Assembly (NCBI GenBank): GCA_040901465.1
Contig: JBBDYN010000026.1
Coordinates: 44,380-108,379 of the forward strand
Source of the DNA: Xanthobacteraceae bacterium
Lineage (GTDB): Bacteria; Pseudomonadota; Alphaproteobacteria; Rhizobiales; Xanthobacteraceae
Direction: 5' to 3'
Length of the DNA: 64,000 nucleotides
The notes under the pieces were generated by a model, which ran no database searches, was not told where the DNA came from, and was given only the letters and a program-made list of their open reading frames with translations. The first letter of the stretch is position 1; every line of letters starts with the position of its first letter. Made by a program: the position numbers and the translations under genes. Shown one piece after another: positions 57,101-64,000 of the stretch.

Positions 57101-57696
57101 AGTTCTTCGCCAAAGAAATCGAGCCGGACCGGTGCGTCGGAGCCGGGGGCATGGAGATCGACGATGCCGCCGCGCACCGCGTACTCGCCGACGTCGCGTA
57201 CGGTCGAAGAGCGCGAAAAGCCGTTCGTCTCCAACCAGCTCACAATCTCCTTCATGGGGCGTACCTGGCCGGGCGCGAGCGTGAGCGATTGCTTGGCGAT
57301 CTGCTCGCGCGCGGGCACGCGCTGAAGCGCGGCGTTGATCGTGGAGAGCACGAGCGTGCCGGGTGCGGGCTGTCTGGTTGCGAGGCGCGCGAGCGTTGCC
57401 ACGCGCCGCGCCGAGACCGCAGCGTTCGGCGAAACTCGGTCATAGGGCAGACAGTCCCAGGCGGGAAACGCGAGCGCTTCGATTTCGGGCGCGAAAAAGT
57501 CGAGCGCGCGTTCGAGTGCCGCGAGCCGCTCGGCGTCGCGGCAGATGACGAGGAGGCTCGCCTGTTGCGACTTGGAGCGCGCGGCGACCGAACGCGCGAG
57601 ATCGGCGACCACCACGCCCGCGAAGCCGTCGGGGACGCCGGCGATCGTGAGCGCCCTTCCGGGCTTGAGGAGTGCTGCCGGAGCGGGCGTATTCAT
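54196..57696 (-). CDS. mfd: Transcription-repair coupling factor Mfd
   Basis: 1166 aa from the ATG at 57696. It has a UvrB-homology N-region, a CarD-like domain (HVDHGIGRF), SF2 helicase motifs (GDVGFGKTEV, DEEQHFG) and a TRCF C-domain. The ORF-track N-terminal extension is Arg-rich shadow. Confidence 0.95.
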   Translation of the reverse strand: MNTPAPAALLKPGRALTIAGVPDGFAGVVVADLARSVAARSKSQQASLLVICRDAERLAALERALDFFAPEIEALAFPAWDCLPYDRVSPNAAVSARRVATLARLATRQPAPGTLVLSTINAALQRVPAREQIAKQSLTLAPGQVRPMKEIVSWLETNGFSRSSTVRDVGEYAVRGGIVDLHAPGSDAPVRLDFFGEELETIRSFDPETQRTTAQLKALDLVPTSEVQLDEDTRRRFRLAYAAEFGGATKGDPLFEVVSEGRRHPGLEHWLPLFVERLDTVFDYLPDTPVVLEPLVEEAARERFAQINDYYSARKEALDANQHPIYRPLLPSKLYLAESEWKKRLDAAALARLSPFGVPDDKNVIEAGGKAGRNFASERADESKNLFDAVVTHAHDLQALGKRVVFAAWSEGSRERLGHVLSDHSLAELRPVATWAEAASLPKEAAGLALLGLEAGFESDIAAVISEQDILGDRLVRPHRRHRRAQDFIAEVTSLSAGDLVVHVDHGIGRFVGLKSIEVLGAPHDCLQIHYAEGSRLFLPVENLELLSRYGSEEAGAELDRLGGVGWQSRKARMKKRVLEMADALLRVAAARKLHDAPKLLPPQGLYEEFCARFPYEETEDQKHAIDAVLDDLAAGRPMDRLVCGDVGFGKTEVALRAAFATALNGKQVAVVTPTTLLARQHFKTFSERFRGIPVRLGQASRLVSSTELNRVKQGIRDGTIDIVIGTHALLGKSVTFNDLGLVVVDEEQHFGVAHKERLKDLRTEVHVLTLTATPIPRTLQLALTGVRELSIIATPPVDRLAVRTFVTPFDTLIVREALLRERYRGGQAFFVCPRIEDIAGAREFLATHVPEVRVAVAHGQMAAKQLEDIMAAFYEGGFDVLLSTSIVESGLDIPTANTLIVHRADRFGLAQLYQLRGRVGRSKTRAYAIFTLPADKPLTPQAERRLKVLQSLDNLGAGFELASHDLDIRGAGNLLGDEQSGHIREVGYELYQEMLAEAVAHLQAGIQAPAADKWSPQIAVGTPVMIPEEYVPDLSVRLGLYRRLADLESPAEIDAAAAELVDRFGSLPLEVQTLLEVVAIKALCRRANVERIEAGPKGAVISFRDGTFPNPDALIAWITDGRSVARVRPDQKLVVFRDWQRIQERLRGAKSVLDTLVGLAERKAA

Positions 57697-57989
57697 TAGG
57701 CGACGGCGCCCCTGCCCGCGCGATGAAATTCGACGAGGCGGCGGAACACGGGGGTGTCCTGGTTCGCCGGCACGGCCGCCTGCCCGACGACCCAAGCGAA
57801 GAGATCGGGGTCGGGAGCGTCCATCAGCGCTTCCAGTTGCGCGATCTCGCTGACGGTCAATCCCGCCAATTCCGCGTCGGCAAAGCGGCCGAGCACGAAA
57901 TCCATCTCGCGCGTGCCGCGATGCCACGCGCGGAAGCGCAGCTTGCGGCGGCGCAACTCCAGTTCGTCGATCGGATCCGCCTCGGCCAT
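57696..57989 (-). CDS. sdhE: Succinate dehydrogenase assembly factor 2 (SdhE/DUF339)
   Basis: 97 aa from the ATG at 57989. It carries RRRKLRFRAWHRGTREMDFVLGRF with the conserved RGxxE motif. Its stop overlaps the mfd start by 1 nt. Confidence 0.85.
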   Translation of the reverse strand: MAEADPIDELELRRRKLRFRAWHRGTREMDFVLGRFADAELAGLTVSEIAQLEALMDAPDPDLFAWVVGQAAVPANQDTPVFRRLVEFHRAGRGAVA

Positions 57990-58121
57990 GGGTTCGCCAA
58001 CGCCAAAAACCCGGACGGGGCCGGGCGCGGCTTCTATAGCGGGGCAATACGGCGCTGTCAGCAGCGCCGGGCGGGAACTGTTGCCTCTCGTCAACCCTTC
58101 CGCCACCTTCGCGCCACTGCC

Positions 58122-60209
58122 ATGCGCCCCACGATCCTCGATCCGCTGTTCGCGCCGTTGACGAGCCTCAAGGGCATCGGCCCCAAGCTCGCCAAACCCT
58201 TCGCGCGACTGCTCGAGCACGAGCCGCCGCGGGTGATCGATATCCTGTTCCATCTACCCTATTCGGCGATCGACCGGCGCGCGCGGCCGAAGCTCAGCGG
58301 GGTGCGGGCCGATACGATTGCCACGGTGAAGGTCACGGTTGAGCGACATATCCCGGGACGCGGGCGCGCGCCACACAAGATCATCGCGTCAGATGAAACA
58401 AATACGATCGAAATCGTCTATTTCAATCTGCCGCGCGAGCGGGCGGAGAAAATGTTTCCGCAGGGCGAGACGCGCTACATCTCCGGCCGCGTCGGGCTCT
58501 ATGACGGACGGCTGCAGATGGTGCATCCGGACCGGGTCGTGGACGAGAAGGCCTTGGCGGACTTGCCGCTCGTGGAGTCCGTCCACTCGCTCACCGAGGG
58601 ACTTGGCGCGGGTCTCGTTCGGCGCGCGGTCAACGGAGCGCTCGAGCGGCTCGTCGATCTCCCCGAGTGGCTCGATCCGGCATACGCGAAGTCGAGGAGT
58701 TTTTCGTCGTTCGCGGCGTCGTTGCGGCAGCTGCACGCGCCGGAGGAGCCCGCGGACGTCGTACCGGAATCGAACCTACGCGCGCGGCTCGCCTATGACG
58801 AACTGCTCGCGCATCAACTGGCGCTCGCGCTCGTGCGCAGCGAGATGCGGCGCGAGCCGGGGCGCACGAGCAAGGGCGATGAGCGATTGCGGCAGGCGAT
58901 CGAGCGCGCCCTGCCATTCTTGCTCACGAACTCGCAGCGCAAGGCGATCGAGGAAATCACCGCTGACCTTGCGTCCGACACGCGCATGCTTCGTCTGCTT
59001 CAAGGCGACGTGGGCTCGGGGAAGACGGTCGTGGCGTTGCTCGCGGCGGCGGCGGTAATCGAAGCGGGCCGGCAGGCCGCGATCATGGCGCCGACCGAAA
59101 TTCTCGCGCGCCAGCATCACGCGCGCATGGCCGCGCTTGCGGACGCCGCCGGCATTCGGGTCGCGATCCTTACCGGCCGTGAACGCGGGCCTGCGCGCGA
59201 GCGGATACTCGAAGAACTTGCTGCCGGCGAAATTCATTTTCTCGTCGGTACGCATGCGCTGTTCCAGGAAGGCGTCGAGTTTCGCGATCTCGCACTTGCG
59301 GTGGTCGACGAGCAGCACCGCTTCGGCGTGCATCAGCGGCTTGCGCTGGCGAAGAAGGGCGAGGCGGTCGACATGCTGGTGATGACCGCGACGCCGATCC
59401 CGCGCACGCTCGTGCTCACGTACTTCGGCGACATGGATGTGTCCGAGTTGCGGGAGAAACCAGCAGGGCGCACGCCGGTCGATACGCGCACGGTCTCGCT
59501 CGACCGGCTGGAAGAAGTGATCGAAGCCGTGGGCCGTGCGCTCGATCAGGGCGCACGCGCCTACTGGATCTGCCCGCTGGTCGAGGAATCTGAACTGATC
59601 GATCTCGCCGCCGCCGAGGATCGGTTTCGATTTCTGAAGGTCCGCTTCGGCAAGAAGGTGGGTCTCGTGCACGGCCAGATGCGGCCGAGCGAGCGCGACG
59701 AGGCCATGGCCGCATTCGCCGACGGAACGACGCCCCTCCTCGTCGCCACCACGGTGATCGAGGTGGGCGTGGACGTGCCCGAGGCGACCATCATGGTGAT
59801 CGAGCAGGCTGAGCGCTTCGGCCTTGCGCAACTGCATCAGCTGCGAGGACGCGTGGGCCGCGGCAGCGGCCGTTCCACCTGCCTGCTGCTGTTCAAGGCG
59901 CCGCTTGGCGACAACGCGAAGCGCCGCCTCTCGACGCTGCGGGAAACTGACGACGGGTTCAAGATTGCTGAGGAAGACCTGGCGCTGCGCGGCGAAGGCG
60001 AAGTGCTCGGCACGCGCCAGAGCGGCCTGCCTGGCTTCAAGATCGCGCGGCCGGAGCTGCACCGCGATCTGATGGAGGCCGCGCGCAAGGACGCGGCGCT
60101 CGTCGTCGTGCGCGATCCTACGCTCTCCGCGCAGCGCGGGCGCGCGCTGCGGCTCCTTCTGCATCTCTTCGATCGCGACGAAGCAGTGCGGCTGATCGAG
60201 GCGGGCTAG
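58122..60209 (+). CDS. recG: ATP-dependent DNA helicase RecG
   Basis: 695 aa from the ATG at 58122. It has a wedge domain and SF2 motifs (GDVGSGKTVVA, DEQHRFG, TATPIPRT, QLHQLRGRVGRG). Confidence 0.95.
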   Translation: MRPTILDPLFAPLTSLKGIGPKLAKPFARLLEHEPPRVIDILFHLPYSAIDRRARPKLSGVRADTIATVKVTVERHIPGRGRAPHKIIASDETNTIEIVYFNLPRERAEKMFPQGETRYISGRVGLYDGRLQMVHPDRVVDEKALADLPLVESVHSLTEGLGAGLVRRAVNGALERLVDLPEWLDPAYAKSRSFSSFAASLRQLHAPEEPADVVPESNLRARLAYDELLAHQLALALVRSEMRREPGRTSKGDERLRQAIERALPFLLTNSQRKAIEEITADLASDTRMLRLLQGDVGSGKTVVALLAAAAVIEAGRQAAIMAPTEILARQHHARMAALADAAGIRVAILTGRERGPARERILEELAAGEIHFLVGTHALFQEGVEFRDLALAVVDEQHRFGVHQRLALAKKGEAVDMLVMTATPIPRTLVLTYFGDMDVSELREKPAGRTPVDTRTVSLDRLEEVIEAVGRALDQGARAYWICPLVEESELIDLAAAEDRFRFLKVRFGKKVGLVHGQMRPSERDEAMAAFADGTTPLLVATTVIEVGVDVPEATIMVIEQAERFGLAQLHQLRGRVGRGSGRSTCLLLFKAPLGDNAKRRLSTLRETDDGFKIAEEDLALRGEGEVLGTRQSGLPGFKIARPELHRDLMEAARKDAALVVVRDPTLSAQRGRALRLLLHLFDRDEAVRLIEAG

Positions 60210-60952
60210 TCGCTTGCGGCGCGCGACCGCAGGAAGCGGGCCTTGTCGGCGGGCCGCTTTATTCGTTTGTCGTACTCGGGCGTCACGAGTCCGCCGGTTA
60301 TGACAAGCTTCGCCGCCTCCTCGATGGTCATGTCGAGCTCGATCATCTCCTTCCGTTTGGCGAACAGTAGATAACCGGACGTTGGATTGGGCGTCGTCGG
60401 CACGTAGACCGTCATGATCTGGTTGTCGAACTCGTCGTTGGTCTGTAGCACGTCGCGCACCTCGCCCGTGGCCGGCATGGCGACGAAGGCGAGCGACCAA
60501 GTTTCCCGGCGCGGATATTCGATCAGGACGACCTTGCTGAAGGTTGCCGTCTTGCTCGTGAGCATGGTTTCGAACATCTGCTTCAGCCCGCCATAGACCG
60601 TGCGTACAAGCGGCATGCGGCCGAGCAAGCGCTCGCCATAAGAAATGAGCGTGCGGCCGAGGAGGTTGGCCGTGAGAAATCCAAGCAGCGTGATGAAGAC
60701 GAAGGCGAGCACGACGCCGACGCCGGGCAAAGAGAACGGCAGATAATAATCGGGATCGTAGCTCGCCGGGATCAGCGGCTTCACCCAACCGTCGATCCAA
60801 TGCACGAGCCACCAGACGATGTAGATCGTGATCGCGAGCGGAGCGGCGATCACGAGGCCGGTGAGGAAATAATTGCGGATGCGTCCCGCCAAGCCGGTGC
60901 GCGCGGGCAGCTGGACCGGCTCCGGTCCGGACGGGTTGTCGCTCGGATTCAT
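60206..60952 (-). CDS. DUF502-domain membrane protein
   Basis: 248 aa. Its two N-terminal TM helices and the pattern PLVRTVYGGLKQ... are typical of DUF502. Confidence 0.85.
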   Translation of the reverse strand: MNPSDNPSGPEPVQLPARTGLAGRIRNYFLTGLVIAAPLAITIYIVWWLVHWIDGWVKPLIPASYDPDYYLPFSLPGVGVVLAFVFITLLGFLTANLLGRTLISYGERLLGRMPLVRTVYGGLKQMFETMLTSKTATFSKVVLIEYPRRETWSLAFVAMPATGEVRDVLQTNDEFDNQIMTVYVPTTPNPTSGYLLFAKRKEMIELDMTIEEAAKLVITGGLVTPEYDKRIKRPADKARFLRSRAASD

Positions 60953-60988
60953 GGCAGGTGCGTCCCTCGGCCGCGCCGCGCCAACGTT

Positions 60989-62815
60989 CTATTCGACGGT
61001 GACGGACTTGGCGAGATTGCGCGGCTGGTCCACGTCGGTCCCGCGCAACACCGCCACGTGATAGGCGAGCAATTGTACCGGCACCGCATACACGATCGGC
61101 GTGACGGTCGCGGGCATTTCGGGAAGCGTCAGGATCGTGTCCGCGCCGATGCCGGCGGCAGCCCCGCCCTTGGGGTCGGTAATCAAAATGACCCGCCCGC
61201 CGCGTGCCAGCACTTCCTGCATGTTTGAGGCGGTCTTCTCGAACACCCGGTCATAGGGCGCGATCACGACCACGGGCATCTGATCGTCAATGAGCGCAAT
61301 CGGGCCATGCTTTAGCTCTCCCGCAGCATAGCCCTCGGCGTGGATATAGGAAATTTCCTTGAGCTTGAGCGCGCCTTCCATCGCCAGCGGATAGCTCGTG
61401 CCGCGGCCGAGATAGAGCACGTCGCGGGCGTTCTCGAGCTGCTTCGCGAGCCGCTCGATCTCCGGCTCGAGTGCAAGTGCCGCCACCATGTGGCGCGGCA
61501 CTTCGATGAAAGCGCGCACGAGCCGCTTCTCGTCCTCTTCCGACAGCACGCCGCGGGCGCGGCCCGCGGCGACGGCGAGACAGGCGAGTGCGGCCAATTG
61601 ACAGGTGAAAGCTTTCGTCGAGGCGACGCCGATTTCGGGTCCGGCGAGCGTCGGCGCCATTACCGCGCTCTCGCGCGCGATGGTGGAACTGGAAACGTTC
61701 ACGACGGACAGCGTGTGCTGGCCATGCTCCTTGGCGTAGCGCAGCGAAGCGAGGGTGTCGGCAGTCTCTCCCGACTGCGAGACGAAGATCGCAAGCCCGT
61801 TCTTCGGTAGCGGCGCTTCGCGGTAGCGGAACTCGGAAGCGATATCGAGATCGACCGGCAGGCGCGCAAAGCGCTCAAACCAGTATTTGGCGACCATGCC
61901 GGCATAGAACGCGGTGCCGCAGGCCGAGATCGTCATGCGCTCGAGTTGCCGCCAATCGAACGGCAGATCAAACGGAAGCCGCACGCGCTCGTTCGCCATA
62001 TCGAGGTAATGCGCGAGCGTGTGGCCGACCACTTCCGGCTGCTCGTAGATTTCCTTCGCCATGAAATGGCGGTGATTGCCTTTGTCCACGAGGAACGCGC
62101 CCGCGTTCGACGTCTGCGTCGGGCGCTCGACGCGCGCGCCCTTGCTGTCGCGCACCTCGACGCCCTCGCGCGTCACGACGGCAAGGTCGCCCTCTTCCAG
62201 ATAGGCGATCTGATCGGTGAACGGCGCGAGCGCGATCGCATCCGAGCCGATATACATTTCGCCGCTGCCGAAGCCGATCGCAAGCGGGCTGCCGCGACGC
62301 GCGCCGACCAGCAAATCCTCCTCGCCCTCGAACAGGAAGGCGAGCGCGAAGGCGCCGCGAATTTGCGGGAGTGCCGCGGCCACCGCCTCCACCGGCTTCT
62401 TGCCGCTCTTTATCTCTGCGGTGACAAGATGGGCCACGACCTCGGTGTCGGTCTCGGTGGAGAACTTCGTGCCCTTTTTTTCCAGCGCTTCGCGCAGGTC
62501 GCGATAATTTTCGATGATGCCGTTGTGGACGACCGCAAGTCTGTCGGTGGCGTGCGGATGCGCGTTCGATTCGTTCGGCGCGCCATGGGTGGCCCAGCGC
62601 GTGTGGCCGATGCCAATTTTGCCCTTGAGCGGCTCGCGCGCGAGGCGCGTCTCCAGATTGCGCAGCTTGCCCTCGGCGCGGCGGCGCGTGAGGTGTCCGC
62701 CTTCGAGCGTGGCGACGCCCGCGGAGTCGTAGCCGCGATACTCGAGGCGCTTCAGCGCGTCGACGAGCGAACCCGCCACAGGTTCGCGCCCAAGAATGCC
62801 GACAATGCCGCACAT
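60989..62815 (-). CDS. glmS: Glutamine-fructose-6-phosphate aminotransferase
   Basis: 608 aa. It has the N-terminal MCGIVG nucleophile, two SIS domains and the C-terminal ...NLAKSVTVE. Confidence 0.97.
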   Translation of the reverse strand: MCGIVGILGREPVAGSLVDALKRLEYRGYDSAGVATLEGGHLTRRRAEGKLRNLETRLAREPLKGKIGIGHTRWATHGAPNESNAHPHATDRLAVVHNGIIENYRDLREALEKKGTKFSTETDTEVVAHLVTAEIKSGKKPVEAVAAALPQIRGAFALAFLFEGEEDLLVGARRGSPLAIGFGSGEMYIGSDAIALAPFTDQIAYLEEGDLAVVTREGVEVRDSKGARVERPTQTSNAGAFLVDKGNHRHFMAKEIYEQPEVVGHTLAHYLDMANERVRLPFDLPFDWRQLERMTISACGTAFYAGMVAKYWFERFARLPVDLDIASEFRYREAPLPKNGLAIFVSQSGETADTLASLRYAKEHGQHTLSVVNVSSSTIARESAVMAPTLAGPEIGVASTKAFTCQLAALACLAVAAGRARGVLSEEDEKRLVRAFIEVPRHMVAALALEPEIERLAKQLENARDVLYLGRGTSYPLAMEGALKLKEISYIHAEGYAAGELKHGPIALIDDQMPVVVIAPYDRVFEKTASNMQEVLARGGRVILITDPKGGAAAGIGADTILTLPEMPATVTPIVYAVPVQLLAYHVAVLRGTDVDQPRNLAKSVTVE

Positions 62816-62942
62816 GTGTGCTGCTTAGACCCTCTGCTGCCCCGATCGGGGAACCCTACCGGAATAGCCTTTAGAAGCCGTTCTCACGCCGTAAAAATCA
62901 ATTCCAATGACCCTCGGTTGCAAGCGCGGCCTAGAGACGCGG

Positions 62943-64000
62943 TTAACTGTCCTCCGGCTTTCCACCCTTGTGCGCCCGCAAATCCTTGGCCCAGCCTTCT
63001 TTGTTGATCTGCCGGGCGCGGCCGACCCCGAGCGCGTCGGCGGGCACGTTGCCGGTGATCACCGAGCCGGAGGCGATATAGGCGCCGTCGCCGATTTTCA
63101 CCGGGGCCACCAAGGCCGAGTTCGAGCCGATGAATGCCCGCGCACCGATTTCGGTGCGATGCTTGTCGAATCCGTCGTAGTTGCAGGTGATCGTTCCGGC
63201 GCCGACATTGGCGCCCGCGCCGACAGTAGCATCGCCGACGTACGCGAGGTGATTGGCCTTGGCTTGCGCGCCGAACTCGGCGGCTTTCGTCTCCACGAAA
63301 TTGCCGATCCGCGCACCGGCGCCGAGCTTGGTTCCGGGACGCAGCCGCGCGAACGGACCTACAGACGCGCCCGCGCCGACGATCGCGCCCTCAAGATGGG
63401 AGAACGAGCGGATCACGGCGCCCTCCTCCACCACGACGCCGGGACCGAACACAACGAACGGTTCCACCACGACGTCGCGACCGAGCTTGGTGTCGCCAGA
63501 AAAATGAACCGTCTCGGGCGCGACGAGACTGGCGCCGGCCTTCATTGCCGCCTCGCGCAGGCGTTGCTGCAGGCCCGCCTCGGCCGCGGCGAGCTGGCTC
63601 TTGTCGTTCACGCCCATGACTTCCTCCTCGGTCGCTTCGCGCACGACGATGCGTAGCTTCCTCGCGCGCGCGAGCTTGACGGCATCGGTGAGATAGAATT
63701 CACGTTTGGCATTGTCGTCCTTGACTTGATCGAGCAGTTGCAACGCATGCGCGCCGGCAAAGGCCATGGCGCCTGCATTGCAAAGTTCGATCTTCTTTTC
63801 CGCAGCACTCGCGTCGCGCTCTTCGCGGATCGCAACAAGCTCGCCTCGCTCGACGATGAGCCGGCCGTATCCCGTCGGATCGGCTGCGCGGAAGCCGAGC
63901 ACGGCGACGGCAGCGTCCTTCAATGCGTCGGCAAGCGAGCGCAAAGTCTCGGCCCGCAAAAGCGGTGTGTCGCCATAGACGACGAGCAGATCGCCGCCCT
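62943..64000 (-). CDS. glmU: Bifunctional GlmU (UDP-GlcNAc pyrophosphorylase / GlcN-1-P acetyltransferase), C-terminal part; the 5' end lies outside the window
   Basis: The frame stays open to the window edge ([12 protein letters not shown] at the boundary). A left-handed beta-helix hexapeptide-repeat region follows ([31 protein letters not shown]). Confidence 0.9.
   Translation of the reverse strand, partial: GGDLLVVYGDTPLLRAETLRSLADALKDAAVAVLGFRAADPTGYGRLIVERGELVAIREERDASAAEKKIELCNAGAMAFAGAHALQLLDQVKDDNAKREFYLTDAVKLARARKLRIVVREATEEEVMGVNDKSQLAAAEAGLQQRLREAAMKAGASLVAPETVHFSGDTKLGRDVVVEPFVVFGPGVVVEEGAVIRSFSHLEGAIVGAGASVGPFARLRPGTKLGAGARIGNFVETKAAEFGAQAKANHLAYVGDATVGAGANVGAGTITCNYDGFDKHRTEIGARAFIGSNSALVAPVKIGDGAYIASGSVITGNVPADALGVGRARQINKEGWAKDLRAHKGGKPEDS

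Noticed and set aside
1-64000. A search by eye for CRISPR arrays, IS elements or transposases, rRNA, prophage genes and known defence-system hallmarks (large ATPase/nuclease pairs, reverse transcriptases, methyltransferase-restriction pairs).
   Set aside because: None was seen. The only repeats found are the short 9-11-bp motifs reported in the findings. A computational repeat and HMM scan would be needed to exclude degenerate elements.

Overview
This 64-kb window is a visibly GC-rich, gene-dense chromosomal segment. Its gene order is typical of an alphaproteobacterium of the Hyphomicrobiales/Rhizobiales type: ntrY-ntrX, hfq-hflX, mazG, tmk-holB-metG-tatD, mfd-sdhE/recG, glmS-glmU and pcs. 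I support about 60 protein genes, one tRNA-Ser(UGA), two pseudogenes and a few hairpin terminators. I saw no rRNA, CRISPR array, transposase or integrase. Most of the window is housekeeping, plus a long co-directional purine-catabolism operon (xdhA-xdhB-xdhC-guaD-puuD-allC-M20).

Two short stretches look accessory:
- **About 17.7-21.7 kb**, immediately downstream of tRNA-Ser. It holds an SRPBCC protein, small hypothetical ORFs, AT-rich non-coding DNA with short repeats, a mini GIY-YIG protein, a 77-aa nine-cysteine protein, and a tandem pair of paralogous TraL/ParA-like P-loop proteins. The second paralog has a degenerate Walker A.
- **About 44.8-48.2 kb**, a LysR-controlled operon encoding a two-domain GNAT, an isochorismatase-family hydrolase and a small unknown protein.

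The best candidate for an undescribed system is the orphan P-loop pair together with its divergently transcribed Cys-rich neighbour. This is a hypothesis, not a demonstrated system.

Other points worth a second look:
- rimO carries two independent lesions: a frameshifting deletion and an in-frame TGA at a conserved Trp.
- An AEC-family transporter has lost its middle section.
- MetRS has a Lys/Arg-rich N-terminal extension.
- An ANL-superfamily (adenylate-forming) homolog has lost its catalytic motifs and is translationally coupled to an orphan YejA-like binding protein.

All functional calls rest on motif recognition by eye in the supplied translations. No database search was run.
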